A stretch of 64,000 nt of DNA, taken from assembly GCA_031290885.1 (NCBI GenBank), contig JAISLQ010000072.1, positions 1,790-65,789 of the forward strand, written 5' to 3'. Below, piece by piece: positions 28,343 through 37,767 of this stretch. How positions within the stretch are numbered: position 1 is the first letter of the stretch; each line of letters begins with the position of its first letter. A program made the position numbers and the translations under genes. The stretch comes from Acidaminococcales bacterium (GTDB lineage: Bacteria > Bacillota > Negativicutes > Acidaminococcales > JAISLQ01). A model generated the notes under the pieces. That model had not been told where the DNA came from. It did not search any database and worked only from the letters and a program-made list of their open reading frames with translations.

Positions 28343-30135
28343 CCATGCCCGAAGTCGCCGGAAATGTCAAAGGCCTGAAAAACGGCATAATCGATGAATT
28401 GGGCAAACTGTATGAACAGCCGATAAGCGAAGGCAATTTTGCCGACAGGGCGTTGCTGGACAAACTGGCCGCGTTGACGGGAAAGATCAACCGGGAAATT
28501 GCCGTGTACGTAAACAGGCGGGGGAAAGTGGAAAGCGTTTCCGTGGGGGATTTTGCCACGGTAGAATTGCCGCCCGTCGATAAACGGCGCGCGGCTAACC
28601 GTTTAAGCGGCGTAACCTGCATACATACGCACCCGTCAGCCGACAGCGCGCTTAGTGAGCTCGATATTGCTTCTTTGAAAAAAAACCGTTATGACATGAT
28701 GATTGCCGTTGGCGTTTGCGCTTGCGCTTTCAGCGATTTCAGTATAGGCGTGATCGCCGGCATTGGCGAGGGTGGCGAATACTTGCATGAAACATTCGGC
28801 CCTTTTGCCGCTGCGGACGTTTTCGATTTCACGCAAGCGGTAAAACAGGCGGAGAAGGCCATTTCCGGCGCCGGCGCGGACAAAAATACCGATAAGAGCG
28901 AAGAAATAGCGTACATCGCCGGCATAGACCGTCCGGACGCCGACCTGCCGGCGGATGAATCTTTGGCGGAGTTGGCGCGGCTGGTTGAGTCCGCCGGCGC
29001 TGCCGTTGCCGGGAGCGTTACGCAAAAGCGCGGCAAGGCGGATGCCGGCTGGTACCTGGGCAGCGGGCGGATAATGGAGATGGCTATGGCCTGCCAGGAG
29101 AAAGCCGCCACAATGGCAGTCTTTGACGATGAGCTTTCACCCGCCCAACAAAGGAACATAGAAGAAGCCCTGGGGATAAAAGTCATTGACCGCGCCGCGC
29201 TTATATTGGATATTTTCGCGCAAAGGGCCAATACTTACGAGGGAAAGCTGCAAGTGGAGCTTGCGCAGTTGAAATATACCCTGCCGCGGCTGGCCGGGCA
29301 GGGGCTTGTCCTTTCGCGTACCGGCGGAGGGATTGGGACAAGAGGGCCGGGGGAGACCAAGCTGGAAACTGACCGGCGGCATGTACGAAACAGGATTGCC
29401 GAAATAGAAAAAAGCCTCATAAAAGTGAAAAATGTGCGTCAATTGCATATAAAAAACCGAGTTGCGGGCGGCCAGCGGCTGGTTGCCCTTATCGGCTATA
29501 CCAACGCCGGAAAGTCAACCTTGCTCAATGCCCTGACCAACGCCGGCGCATACGTGGAGGACAAACTTTTTGCCACGCTTGATACTGCTACCCGCAGGTT
29601 GTCCCTGCCCTCGGGCAGGGAGGCGCTGCTGACGGATACGGTCGGGTTTATCCGCAAACTACCGCATCAATTGGTCGCGGCTTTCCGGGCTACCTTGGAA
29701 GAGGTTGTCCAGGCCGACTTGCTCCTTCACGTGGTCGATGCCGCCAATCCTTTTTATCGGGAACAGAGCGACGCTGTTTATAAAGTGCTTGAAGAGCTTG
29801 GCGCGCACGGAAAAAAAATCATTACCGTATTCAATAAAGCGGACAAGCTGACGGACGGCAACGTGTCCGCCCGACTGGCGAGGGAAGAGGCGAGCGTTGC
29901 CGTTTCGGCCGTCAACGGGGACGGCCTGGCGGAATTGTCGTGCCTTATTGACAAAACCTTGGAAAATTTCGCCGTGGAAGCGGAGTTTCTTGTTCCCTAC
30001 GACCAAAGCGCCGTAGCCGCACATTTGCATGAATGTGCGCAAGTGCTGGCGAAAAAATATACGGTGGGCGGCGTTTTGCTCAAAGTTTCCGGCGCGCCGG
30101 AAATATTGGACGCTTTTATAGAGTACAGGAGATAA
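28339..30135 (+). CDS. hflX: GTPase HflX with about 187-aa N-terminal extension carrying a JAB/JAMM motif
   Basis: HflX N-domain (LAELARLVESAGA...GSGRIMEM), coiled region, and G domain (GYTNAGKSTL, DTVGF, NKAD). The extension contains IHTHPSADSALSELD. Start is 28339 or ATG 28345. Confidence 0.9.
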   Translation: MTMPEVAGNVKGLKNGIIDELGKLYEQPISEGNFADRALLDKLAALTGKINREIAVYVNRRGKVESVSVGDFATVELPPVDKRRAANRLSGVTCIHTHPSADSALSELDIASLKKNRYDMMIAVGVCACAFSDFSIGVIAGIGEGGEYLHETFGPFAAADVFDFTQAVKQAEKAISGAGADKNTDKSEEIAYIAGIDRPDADLPADESLAELARLVESAGAAVAGSVTQKRGKADAGWYLGSGRIMEMAMACQEKAATMAVFDDELSPAQQRNIEEALGIKVIDRAALILDIFAQRANTYEGKLQVELAQLKYTLPRLAGQGLVLSRTGGGIGTRGPGETKLETDRRHVRNRIAEIEKSLIKVKNVRQLHIKNRVAGGQRLVALIGYTNAGKSTLLNALTNAGAYVEDKLFATLDTATRRLSLPSGREALLTDTVGFIRKLPHQLVAAFRATLEEVVQADLLLHVVDAANPFYREQSDAVYKVLEELGAHGKKIITVFNKADKLTDGNVSARLAREEASVAVSAVNGDGLAELSCLIDKTLENFAVEAEFLVPYDQSAVAAHLHECAQVLAKKYTVGGVLLKVSGAPEILDAFIEYRR

Positions 30136-30141
30136 AATTAT

Positions 30142-31374
30142 TTGGATCTGGAAAAATTGGACAGGCAAATACGGGACGGCCTTTCTGAGACTTTCGCCGG
30201 GCAGGAAAAAAAGAGCATCGCAAATACCCGCAAAATATTGCGGGAGTTCAAAAAAAATCGAGTTTCCGCCCATTGTTTTCATCCGGCCGGCGGTTATGGA
30301 TACTCTGATTTGGGACGCGACCTGCTTGACAATATCTACGCCGGCGTTTTCGGGGCGCAAAAAGCGATCGCGCGCGCCCAGTTTGTTTCCGGCACACACG
30401 CTTTGTCTACCGTGTTGTTCGGCGTGCTGCGCCCGGGCGACGAAATGCTGTCGGTAACCGGGGATCCCTACGACACTTTGCGCACGGTAATTGGCGCTCG
30501 CGTACCGCAAAAAGGTTCGCTTGCCGAACATGGGATAATTTATCGGCAAGTGGATTTTAAGGAAAACGGCGAGGTTGACTTTGAGCAGATAAAGCGCGCG
30601 GTCGGCGCCAAGACAAAAATAGCGCACATACAGCGCTCCTGCGGCTATTCCCTGCGCAAAACTTTGCTGGTGGAAGAAATTGGCCGTATTTGCGAGACGG
30701 TGAAAAAAGCAAAGCCTGACTGTATTTGTTTTGTGGACAATTGCTATGGCGAATTCGTGGAAGAAACGGAGCCGACCGAAGCCGGCGCCGACATAATGGC
30801 CGGTTCGCTGATAAAAAATCCAGGCGGCGGTCTTGCGCCTTCCGGCGGCTATATAGCGGGGCGGGAAGAACTGGTGGAAATGGCCGGCTACCACTATACG
30901 GCGCCCGGCCTTGGCAGCGCGATGGGGTCGGTGGGCGGCGACGCCCAAAAACTCTTGTACCAGGGACTTTTCCTTGCCCCGCATATAACTTTGCAGGCTC
31001 TTAAAACAGCCGTATACGCGGCGGCCCTTTTTTCGCGGCTGGGCTACGATGTGTCGCCGGGCGAGCGCGCGGCGCGCGGGGACATAATACAAAGAATCAG
31101 CTTGAAGACGCGCGCGGCGCTTATAGCTTTTTGCCAGGCCGTACAGGAAAATTCCCCCGTCGATTCTTACGTGTTGCCGATGCCGGGGAGGATGCCGGGC
31201 TATCAGGACGACGTGATAATGGCGGCAGGGACGTTTGTGCAGGGCGCTTCGATCGAACTTAGCGCCGACGGGCCGTTGCGCCCGCCCTATACCGTCTATT
31301 TTCAGGGCGGCCTGACTTTTGAACACGGCGTTCTGGCTCTTTTGGCCTGCGCAAAAAATATTGCTGAATCTTAA
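30142..31374 (+). CDS. YnbB / aluminium-resistance family PLP-dependent protein (Cys/Met metabolism lyase-like)
   Basis: Family-typical N-terminus (KILREFKKNRVSAHCFHPAGGYGYSDLGRD...FVSGTHAL). The hflX-ynbB adjacency also occurs in Bacillus. Confidence 0.85.
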   Translation: MDLEKLDRQIRDGLSETFAGQEKKSIANTRKILREFKKNRVSAHCFHPAGGYGYSDLGRDLLDNIYAGVFGAQKAIARAQFVSGTHALSTVLFGVLRPGDEMLSVTGDPYDTLRTVIGARVPQKGSLAEHGIIYRQVDFKENGEVDFEQIKRAVGAKTKIAHIQRSCGYSLRKTLLVEEIGRICETVKKAKPDCICFVDNCYGEFVEETEPTEAGADIMAGSLIKNPGGGLAPSGGYIAGREELVEMAGYHYTAPGLGSAMGSVGGDAQKLLYQGLFLAPHITLQALKTAVYAAALFSRLGYDVSPGERAARGDIIQRISLKTRAALIAFCQAVQENSPVDSYVLPMPGRMPGYQDDVIMAAGTFVQGASIELSADGPLRPPYTVYFQGGLTFEHGVLALLACAKNIAES

Positions 31375-31444
31375 TTGAATAAAGGATATTTTACTTTTTT
31401 CGAGAAATAACAACATTATTCATGTAACGGCAGGGGAAAGGGCT

Positions 31445-33367
31445 ATGTATTTAGGATTGCCATTGACGGCTGTTATGGCGGTAATAATAATAGTATATTT
31501 TTTGATCAACAAACTTGGAATCGCGATCAAGTTCCTCCCGCTTTTGATATGCGGGGTAATGGGGCTTTTTTTGGGTCTTGTGCTGCCGAGGTTTCTTGTG
31601 CCGCAGCTGAGCATGGCGGGGACTATTTTGTTGGTTCTTTTTTCCATGTTTTTACTGTCGGTTGTTTTGGCGTGGATTTTTGGCAAGGAAGAATATTCCG
31701 GGCGGCAGGACAAATCTTGCCGCGCCGCTTATAAGCCTGATGGCGCGGACGCTGTTTTGTTGCCGGAGGAAGATAGCGCTATGCAGCCTACGGCGGCAGG
31801 GCCGGAATTGTCGGCAACGGCGGCCGTCTCTGCCTTTTTTGCGGACGCCGACGAGAAGCGGGACAAAGATGATGGCGTGGCAAATGACTGCTTTGAGCCC
31901 GCTTTGTTGAACGCGCCCAGTTTCAACGTCCTGCGGTATGCCGAACCGGCGATCGAAAAAATCGCGGCGAAAGTTTTTCCCGCCCAAGGTAAAATACGGC
32001 CTTCCGGCTTCGTCAAGAGTTTCAAGGAAGACGAAGCCGCGATTGGCGCCGTCTGTAAGTACGATCTGGCCTGCGACGGCGTGGCGGCGTCCGGCAAGGA
32101 GGCATCCGCCTATGGCGGCGGTTATGGGGATGGTTGGTTTTCGCGCGCCGGCGAAAAGATCGCAACCGTTTTGGGCGATTGGAAGTTGCCTGTGGCCGTT
32201 GGGCGTGAAATCAGCCCGGCAAGCGCAGAAGAACCGAAGCCGGCGAACGGCGGCAATCGCGGGGGAGAAAAGTTGCCCGGGCATTGTAATCTGCCGCCGC
32301 AAAGCGCTGTTATAAACAGCGGACCGTTCACGGACGAATGTTTTGCGGCTGACAACGGCGTTTGCGTATACGCCGGTTGTTTTGCCGATGTCCCTGTCCC
32401 TTCTTCCCGGGCGGCGGATGATGCAGTGGCCGTCGGCTGCCGGGAACGGTACGATATTGACGGACAGCTTGCTTTTGCCGGCTGCTCTGACGGGCAATCG
32501 GATTGTTTCGGTATCGGCGAGACGTATTTCAACCAAGATGCCGGCGCTTGGAACGATTATGCGGAAAAAACAGAGGACGCAGTTATGGGCGCTGCGCCAA
32601 TTTATCCTTGTTTGGCGGCAGACGGGGATGAACAAGGGTCAATCCCGGCGGCCGACGAGACCTGCGGCAGGGCAAGCGCCGAAGAAATTTTTGCGCAAGG
32701 CGGGCAGGAATCTTCGCCCGCCGCTGAAACACATCGGGTTTCACTTGCCGGCGAAGCGCGCCGTTTGGCGCCGGAGAAAGAACCCGGCTCTGCTTTGGCT
32801 GAAAAGGCTTTCGCGGGCGGGGCGGGACAAGAAGGCGCATTGATTTACGAACCGCGCTGCGCATATGCGCAAAAACATTGCGAGGAAGATGAATTGCCTT
32901 ACAGGCGGCAGGAGGATGAAAAAATAAAAGTGGTGGAAAAAAAGGCGCAATGGCCATTGCCGGCTGAACAAATACCCAAGTCCGATTCCTTTGACGACCT
33001 TTTGGATTTTGCCTTTACGCAGAAAGAACAGGGCAATTGGGCAAAAGCTTTACATTCTTTGCAGATGGCCTATGCTATGTATCCCATGAATGATTTCGCT
33101 TTGCTCATAATAGTGGAAACGGCGAACATATACAAGCAAATGGGCAATTATGACATGGCTATTGCCGAATTGCAAAAAGGCATCGAAAAAACGACCGTTG
33201 CCAACATGCGGCATGACTTCATTCTTAATATAGGTTATTTGCGCATAATCAAAAATATTTTAAAAACTCACAACATTGCCTTATTGCCTTATAATCAAAT
33301 ACCTGATAAAGTAAAAGAGGACATTGAAAAGGAGTATCTTGACTGGAAAAATTCATCGCAGCAATAG
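31445..33367 (+). CDS. membrane-anchored hypothetical protein with long acidic/Cys-containing low-complexity region and TPR-like C-terminus
   Basis: Three or four N-terminal hydrophobic helices, then about 430 aa rich in A/G/E/D/C. The C-terminal roughly 120 aa is helical-repeat-like (ALHSLQMAYAMYPMNDFALLIIVETANIYKQMGNYDMAIAELQKGIE). Confidence 0.6.
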   Translation: MYLGLPLTAVMAVIIIVYFLINKLGIAIKFLPLLICGVMGLFLGLVLPRFLVPQLSMAGTILLVLFSMFLLSVVLAWIFGKEEYSGRQDKSCRAAYKPDGADAVLLPEEDSAMQPTAAGPELSATAAVSAFFADADEKRDKDDGVANDCFEPALLNAPSFNVLRYAEPAIEKIAAKVFPAQGKIRPSGFVKSFKEDEAAIGAVCKYDLACDGVAASGKEASAYGGGYGDGWFSRAGEKIATVLGDWKLPVAVGREISPASAEEPKPANGGNRGGEKLPGHCNLPPQSAVINSGPFTDECFAADNGVCVYAGCFADVPVPSSRAADDAVAVGCRERYDIDGQLAFAGCSDGQSDCFGIGETYFNQDAGAWNDYAEKTEDAVMGAAPIYPCLAADGDEQGSIPAADETCGRASAEEIFAQGGQESSPAAETHRVSLAGEARRLAPEKEPGSALAEKAFAGGAGQEGALIYEPRCAYAQKHCEEDELPYRRQEDEKIKVVEKKAQWPLPAEQIPKSDSFDDLLDFAFTQKEQGNWAKALHSLQMAYAMYPMNDFALLIIVETANIYKQMGNYDMAIAELQKGIEKTTVANMRHDFILNIGYLRIIKNILKTHNIALLPYNQIPDKVKEDIEKEYLDWKNSSQQ

Positions 33368-33421
33368 CGGCCGGTATTTTATTGACAATAATATATCAAT
33401 TATGCGGGAGGGAATTTTTAA

Positions 33422-34228
33422 ATGAAAGAATCTGCTAAAATAATCGGCTTGCCGATTGTCAGCCTGGTAGACGGCAAAGAAGTCGGCACTGTAAAATCGT
33501 TGTTGATTGACGCCGCGGAAGCTGCCATTGCCGCGATTGCCGTTGAGGACGGCACATCCTACAAAGGCGCGAAACTGGTCCGTTTCGGCGATATTTTGGG
33601 TATTGGCGAAAGGGCTTTGACCATTGAGGATAAAAGCATCGTTAATGAATGGTCAAAAGTTCCCGAACTGGAAAAGTTTTTGGAAGCGAACGTCAATGTC
33701 ATCAATACAGAAGTGTTGAGCAAAAAAGGCCATATAAAAGGTAAGATCGTCGAGGTATATTTTGATCTGGAAACAGGTAAAATCGTCGAATGTCACGCTA
33801 AAACCGCAAAAGGCAATGATTTTACCATAACCGCAGATCGGATTTATACGCTCGCCGCCAAAAGAACCATCATTGCGGAAGAAGATGAGGACATTGGCAG
33901 CAAGCCCGTATCCGCGCCGGTCCCTGCGGCGAAACCGGCCGCCGCATTGTCCGCTTTTGGCGTCCCTGACGCTCCGCCCGATGTCTCGCCGGCAACGCCG
34001 CCGGCCGCTGCTGACGAGGAAAACTCCGGCGATGCCGCTGTTAAAGATGCCACAAAGAAATTTGAAGATCGCCAAAGGACGTTTATGATCGGCAAAAAGG
34101 CCAATCGGAAAATTGTAACAGATAACGGCGTTGAAATAATTAACCCGGGCGAAGAAGTTACCGACGAAGTCATTCAAAGGGCAAAAGCCGCCGGTAAATT
34201 CGTGGAGCTTTCGATGAGTTTGCAATAA
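33422..34228 (+). CDS. PRC-barrel domain-containing protein (two PRC-like segments, Pro/Ala linker)
   Basis: The segments IIGLPIVSLVDGKEVGTVKSLLID and VINTEVLSKKGHIKGKIVEVYFDLETGKIVE are PRC-barrel-like. The family call rests on motif recall only. Confidence 0.7.
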   Translation: MKESAKIIGLPIVSLVDGKEVGTVKSLLIDAAEAAIAAIAVEDGTSYKGAKLVRFGDILGIGERALTIEDKSIVNEWSKVPELEKFLEANVNVINTEVLSKKGHIKGKIVEVYFDLETGKIVECHAKTAKGNDFTITADRIYTLAAKRTIIAEEDEDIGSKPVSAPVPAAKPAAALSAFGVPDAPPDVSPATPPAAADEENSGDAAVKDATKKFEDRQRTFMIGKKANRKIVTDNGVEIINPGEEVTDEVIQRAKAAGKFVELSMSLQ

Positions 34229-34462
34229 TAAAGCGGTTTTTGCTTTTCAATATGGATAACCTCTGATAACTGTTCGCGGCACTATGCCGGATATTTTCCC
34301 CTTGGGAAAGCGGCCGGTTTTTTGCCTGTCAGGGCAAATTTGCCGCTCGCCCTCCATTGGCCGCGTTGCCGGAAGGCGCGGGCGGCATTGGTTTCTATGT
34401 CTTTGCCGTGCGAAAAATCTCCTGCCGCGTTATTCGCCGGCAATTATTAGAGGTTGCCGAGG

Positions 34463-35860
34463 ATGAGAAAATTGCCGAAGCTTGCGAAAATAAACCTCAA
34501 ATTTTTCGCCATAATATTTTTGTCTTTGTTTTTGGTAGCCGTTACAGGCATAGTTGCTTTAAACAGCAGCTATGCCTTGAGTAATTCTATATGCGGCGGC
34601 GTAAGGGCGGCCGGCGTCGAGTTGGGCGGCCTTGCGCCGCCGGAAGCGGAAACGGCCGTTGCCGCAAAAATCAAAAAAATGTATTCGCAGCCCGTCCTCA
34701 CGCTTAGATATGACGAACAAGCCTGGCCGATTATGGCGCCGGACATTGATTGCCGGGTCGATGTCAAAGGCATTGTCGGCAAAGCCTACTTGGCCGGGCG
34801 GGAAGGAACCGTCATGGAAAGGTTGCGGCAGCGTTTTTACATCTACAACAACGGCAAAGACATAGCTTTTGAATTTTTATATGACCGGGGGAAATTAAAA
34901 AAGATAATTTCCGACATTGTCAGGGCTTGCAACAAGAAGCCCCAAGACGCCGCAGTAAAGATTGTTGACGGCAAGCAGGAAATCACTCCGGAAATAAAAG
35001 GCGTTGCGATAAACGAAGCGGAGGTTTTTGCCCTGGCGGCCAAAGCTGTTTCCGAAAAAAAGCCTTTTGTTTCCTTGCCCGCCGTTGTTACGCAACCGAA
35101 CGTTACGCAAGATGACCTCGCCAATATTCGCGATGTTTTGGCTTCATATACTACCTATTTTGAACCGTCGGCCGCCGACCGCACGCATAATGTCCGTCTG
35201 GCGACCAGCTACCTTGACGGCGCGTTGGTGCGCCCGGGCGACATATATTCTTTCAATAAGGGGATAGGGCCGCGTACCCTTGAGCGGGGCTACCGTGACG
35301 CGCCTGTGTATATCGGCGAAGATATTGTGCCGGGGGTCGGCGGCGGAATATGCCAGGTAAGCAGCACTTTATATAATGCGATATTATTGGCCGATCTGGA
35401 ACTGACCGAGCGCGAGAACCATTACCGTCCGGTGCCTTATGCGCCCTTGGGACGGGACGCTACCATTGCCGGCGATATAATTGACCTCAAGTTCAAAAAC
35501 ACCTCGCCCGGCAATATTTACATTCGCGGCATTGTGGCGGATAATAACATGACGATAGAAATATTGGGGGAAAAAGCCGCCGTGGTCCCTTCAATTAAAA
35601 TAGTTACGGACAACATTCGGGTAATCAAATACAAGACGATTGTCCGGAAAAACACCAAAATGGACCCTGACGAAGTCAGGGTGGAAAGAACAGGGGCAAA
35701 TGGTTACCATGTAACGACATACCGGCTGAAGTACCGGGACAATAAAATGATTGCCCGCGAGAAACTTTATGACGATTATTACCCGGTTGTAGATGAAATT
35801 GTGCAGGTAGGCGACAAAGGGACGGACAACGATTTAATTGCCGCCAGGCCCAATCTGTGA
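34463..35860 (+). CDS. VanW family protein with C-terminal G5 domain
   Basis: N-terminal TM anchor, VanW core (GGGICQVSSTLYNAILLADLE...ERENH), and a G5-like C-terminus (VIKYKTIVRKNTKMDPDEVRVERTGANGYHVTTYR). Confidence 0.85.
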   Translation: MRKLPKLAKINLKFFAIIFLSLFLVAVTGIVALNSSYALSNSICGGVRAAGVELGGLAPPEAETAVAAKIKKMYSQPVLTLRYDEQAWPIMAPDIDCRVDVKGIVGKAYLAGREGTVMERLRQRFYIYNNGKDIAFEFLYDRGKLKKIISDIVRACNKKPQDAAVKIVDGKQEITPEIKGVAINEAEVFALAAKAVSEKKPFVSLPAVVTQPNVTQDDLANIRDVLASYTTYFEPSAADRTHNVRLATSYLDGALVRPGDIYSFNKGIGPRTLERGYRDAPVYIGEDIVPGVGGGICQVSSTLYNAILLADLELTERENHYRPVPYAPLGRDATIAGDIIDLKFKNTSPGNIYIRGIVADNNMTIEILGEKAAVVPSIKIVTDNIRVIKYKTIVRKNTKMDPDEVRVERTGANGYHVTTYRLKYRDNKMIAREKLYDDYYPVVDEIVQVGDKGTDNDLIAARPNL

Positions 35861-35921
35861 GGGTTTTGTGGCGGCTATGCGATTGTTTCAAGTGAAAAAC
35901 GGACTTGCCGGCAAAACAATA

Positions 35922-36082
35922 CTGTTCATATGATTAAAACGCCCCTTAAGATTTACGGGATGATTTGCCGCCCTTAGCGGCGCAAAACGCAGGACAACCT
36001 CTATGTTCGGCGAGGCTTTAGCGCAAATCGGGGCGATAAATCGGCCGCAAGGAAAGACAGCATGATTTTAATCTGAGAACAG
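35922..36082. repeat. MITE-like intergenic element, copy 2 (inverted relative to copy 1)
   Basis: Terminal inverted repeats: ctgttcatatgattaaaa (left) and ttttaatctgagaacag (right). The interior aligns with the reverse complement of 21118-21251. Confidence 0.7.
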
Positions 36083-36084
36083 CT

Positions 36085-36135
36085 ATGACTGCTTGAACCT
36101 TTTTCAGCCGGGAGCAAGCAGTCATATTTTTTTTT
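36085..36135 (+). terminator. rho-independent terminator downstream of the VanW gene, overlapping the 3' end of the convergent GNAT gene
   Basis: 11-bp stem ATGACTGCTTG (36085-36095) / CAAGCAGTCAT (36115-36125), a 19-nt loop, then a T9 run (36127-36135). Confidence 0.6.
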
Positions 36136-36577
36136 GCAAAACGACAAGATTGGTTTTTTGCCAGTTTGTTTTATGATAAAAGGCTAGGGCGTCCGCGTTG
36201 CCCTTGTCTGCCGCCAAGTCAAGCCTTCTGGCGCCGGCGGCCTTCGCCCAATCGCCGGCGGCGGCCAGCAGCTTGCGCCCCCATTGTTTGCCCCGATGCC
36301 CGGGCGCGACCGCGACATCTTCAACGAGCGCCTTGTAACCGCCTTCCGCAGTTGAAATTATGAGTTGGGCGGTACACATTCCGACCGGCAAATTGCTGTG
36401 CCTGAGTACGAAAACGCGGGAGTTGCTGTCCGCAAGGAGCATTTTCAGCCCTGCGGTTTGTTTTTGCCTGTCGGCGCGAAAATCCTTTTCCAAAGAAAAA
36501 ACAAGGGCGACCAAGTCCGCCAGCGCTTCTATATCGTCAGGTGCGGCCGCGTTTATGCTGTATCCGTCTTTTGGCAT
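36122..36577 (-). CDS. GNAT family N-acetyltransferase
   Basis: 151 aa with an acetyl-CoA binding motif region (VAVAPGHRGKQWGRKLL). Confidence 0.85.
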   Translation of the reverse strand: MPKDGYSINAAAPDDIEALADLVALVFSLEKDFRADRQKQTAGLKMLLADSNSRVFVLRHSNLPVGMCTAQLIISTAEGGYKALVEDVAVAPGHRGKQWGRKLLAAAGDWAKAAGARRLDLAADKGNADALAFYHKTNWQKTNLVVLQKKI

Positions 36578-36585
36578 ATTGGCAA

Positions 36586-37734
36586 TCAGATTTTAAAGTT
36601 GCGGACGAAATTTTTGTAAACTTCTATCGCGTCGAAATACTTTTCCAGTTCTATGTGTTCGTCAGGCTGATGCGCCTGTTTGTCGTCGCCCGGCCCGTAG
36701 ATGGCCAAGGGAAGGACTTTGTCGCCGAGCAGGGTGGACGCGTCGGTATAATAATTCACGCCGCGTTTAAGCAATGGTTTGCCGGCGGCCGCCTCCAGCG
36801 CCTGAATGATATGGTGCCCTTTGGCGCCTTCCACCGGCAGGGCATTGGTCAAAAACTCATACTGCGCACAGAAACCGTCGTCGCCTTCCGCCGCTTTTGA
36901 CAAGGCGGCATCAATGAAATCCCGGATATCTTTTTCCGTTTGCCCGGGAATTATCCTTATGTCAATTGTACACACGCAGGAATCGGGCACAACATTTATC
37001 GCCACGCCGCCCTGAATGGTGTTGACGCTGAGTGTCGGGACGCCCAGCAGCGGATTGGGCTGGCAGGCGAAAGTTTGCGCGTTCAGCATGTTAATGAATT
37101 TGGCCATGCCGCTGACGGCGTTAACGCCCAAATGCGGCATGGAGCCGTGGGCCGTTTTCCCGCGCGTGGTAACTTTCAGCCACATGGCGCCTTTATGGGC
37201 GAGTAAAATATCGCCGTTGCTCGGTTCTCCCACCAATATGGCGCCGATGTCGGACATGCCGCCGCTTTTGACAAAAGCTGCCGCTCCCCGGCGTGAAACC
37301 TCTTCGTCGGCCGTTCCCAGAAAAACAACGTCCTGTTTGGGGGGCAAGCCTTCCCGTCGCAAAAGTATCAGGGCGTACAGCATGGCGGCCACGGAACTTT
37401 TCATATCGGCAATGCCCCGCCCGTACACCAAGCCGTTTTCGCTTTCGCAGGCAAACGGGTCATGCTGCCATTTAACTTCGCCAACTGGAACCGTATCAAG
37501 GTGCCCGGTCAGCAAGAGGGCAGGGGAGGCCGTTTCGCCCTTGATGCGCAGTACCAAATTGGCGCGCCCGGGGGCGAATTCATCGACCGCCGCGTCTATT
37601 TTGTTTTCCGCCAAGAAAATTTGCAGTTGTTTAGCCAAGGCAACTTCGTTGCCCGGGGGATTAACCGTATTGCATTTTACTGTTTGCCTAAGCAGACCAA
37701 AAGCCTCGTTTTCATCAAATTTATAATTGCCCAT
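36586..37734 (-). CDS. M20 family metallopeptidase (ArgE/DapE/acetylornithine deacetylase-like)
   Basis: GHLDTVP, ADMKS and GTADEE metal-binding motifs. ATG 37734 follows AAAGGA; the ORF-track start is 37752. Confidence 0.85.
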   Translation of the reverse strand: MGNYKFDENEAFGLLRQTVKCNTVNPPGNEVALAKQLQIFLAENKIDAAVDEFAPGRANLVLRIKGETASPALLLTGHLDTVPVGEVKWQHDPFACESENGLVYGRGIADMKSSVAAMLYALILLRREGLPPKQDVVFLGTADEEVSRRGAAAFVKSGGMSDIGAILVGEPSNGDILLAHKGAMWLKVTTRGKTAHGSMPHLGVNAVSGMAKFINMLNAQTFACQPNPLLGVPTLSVNTIQGGVAINVVPDSCVCTIDIRIIPGQTEKDIRDFIDAALSKAAEGDDGFCAQYEFLTNALPVEGAKGHHIIQALEAAAGKPLLKRGVNYYTDASTLLGDKVLPLAIYGPGDDKQAHQPDEHIELEKYFDAIEVYKNFVRNFKI

Positions 37735-37767
37735 GCCGGTCAATCCTTTCACCTATAGATTATATAG

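Noticed and set aside
29659-31416. 585-aa ORF antisense to hflX 3' end and the ynbB-like gene
   Set aside because: It spans two well-supported plus-strand genes and their junction, has low-complexity R/F/A-rich translation and no family resemblance.
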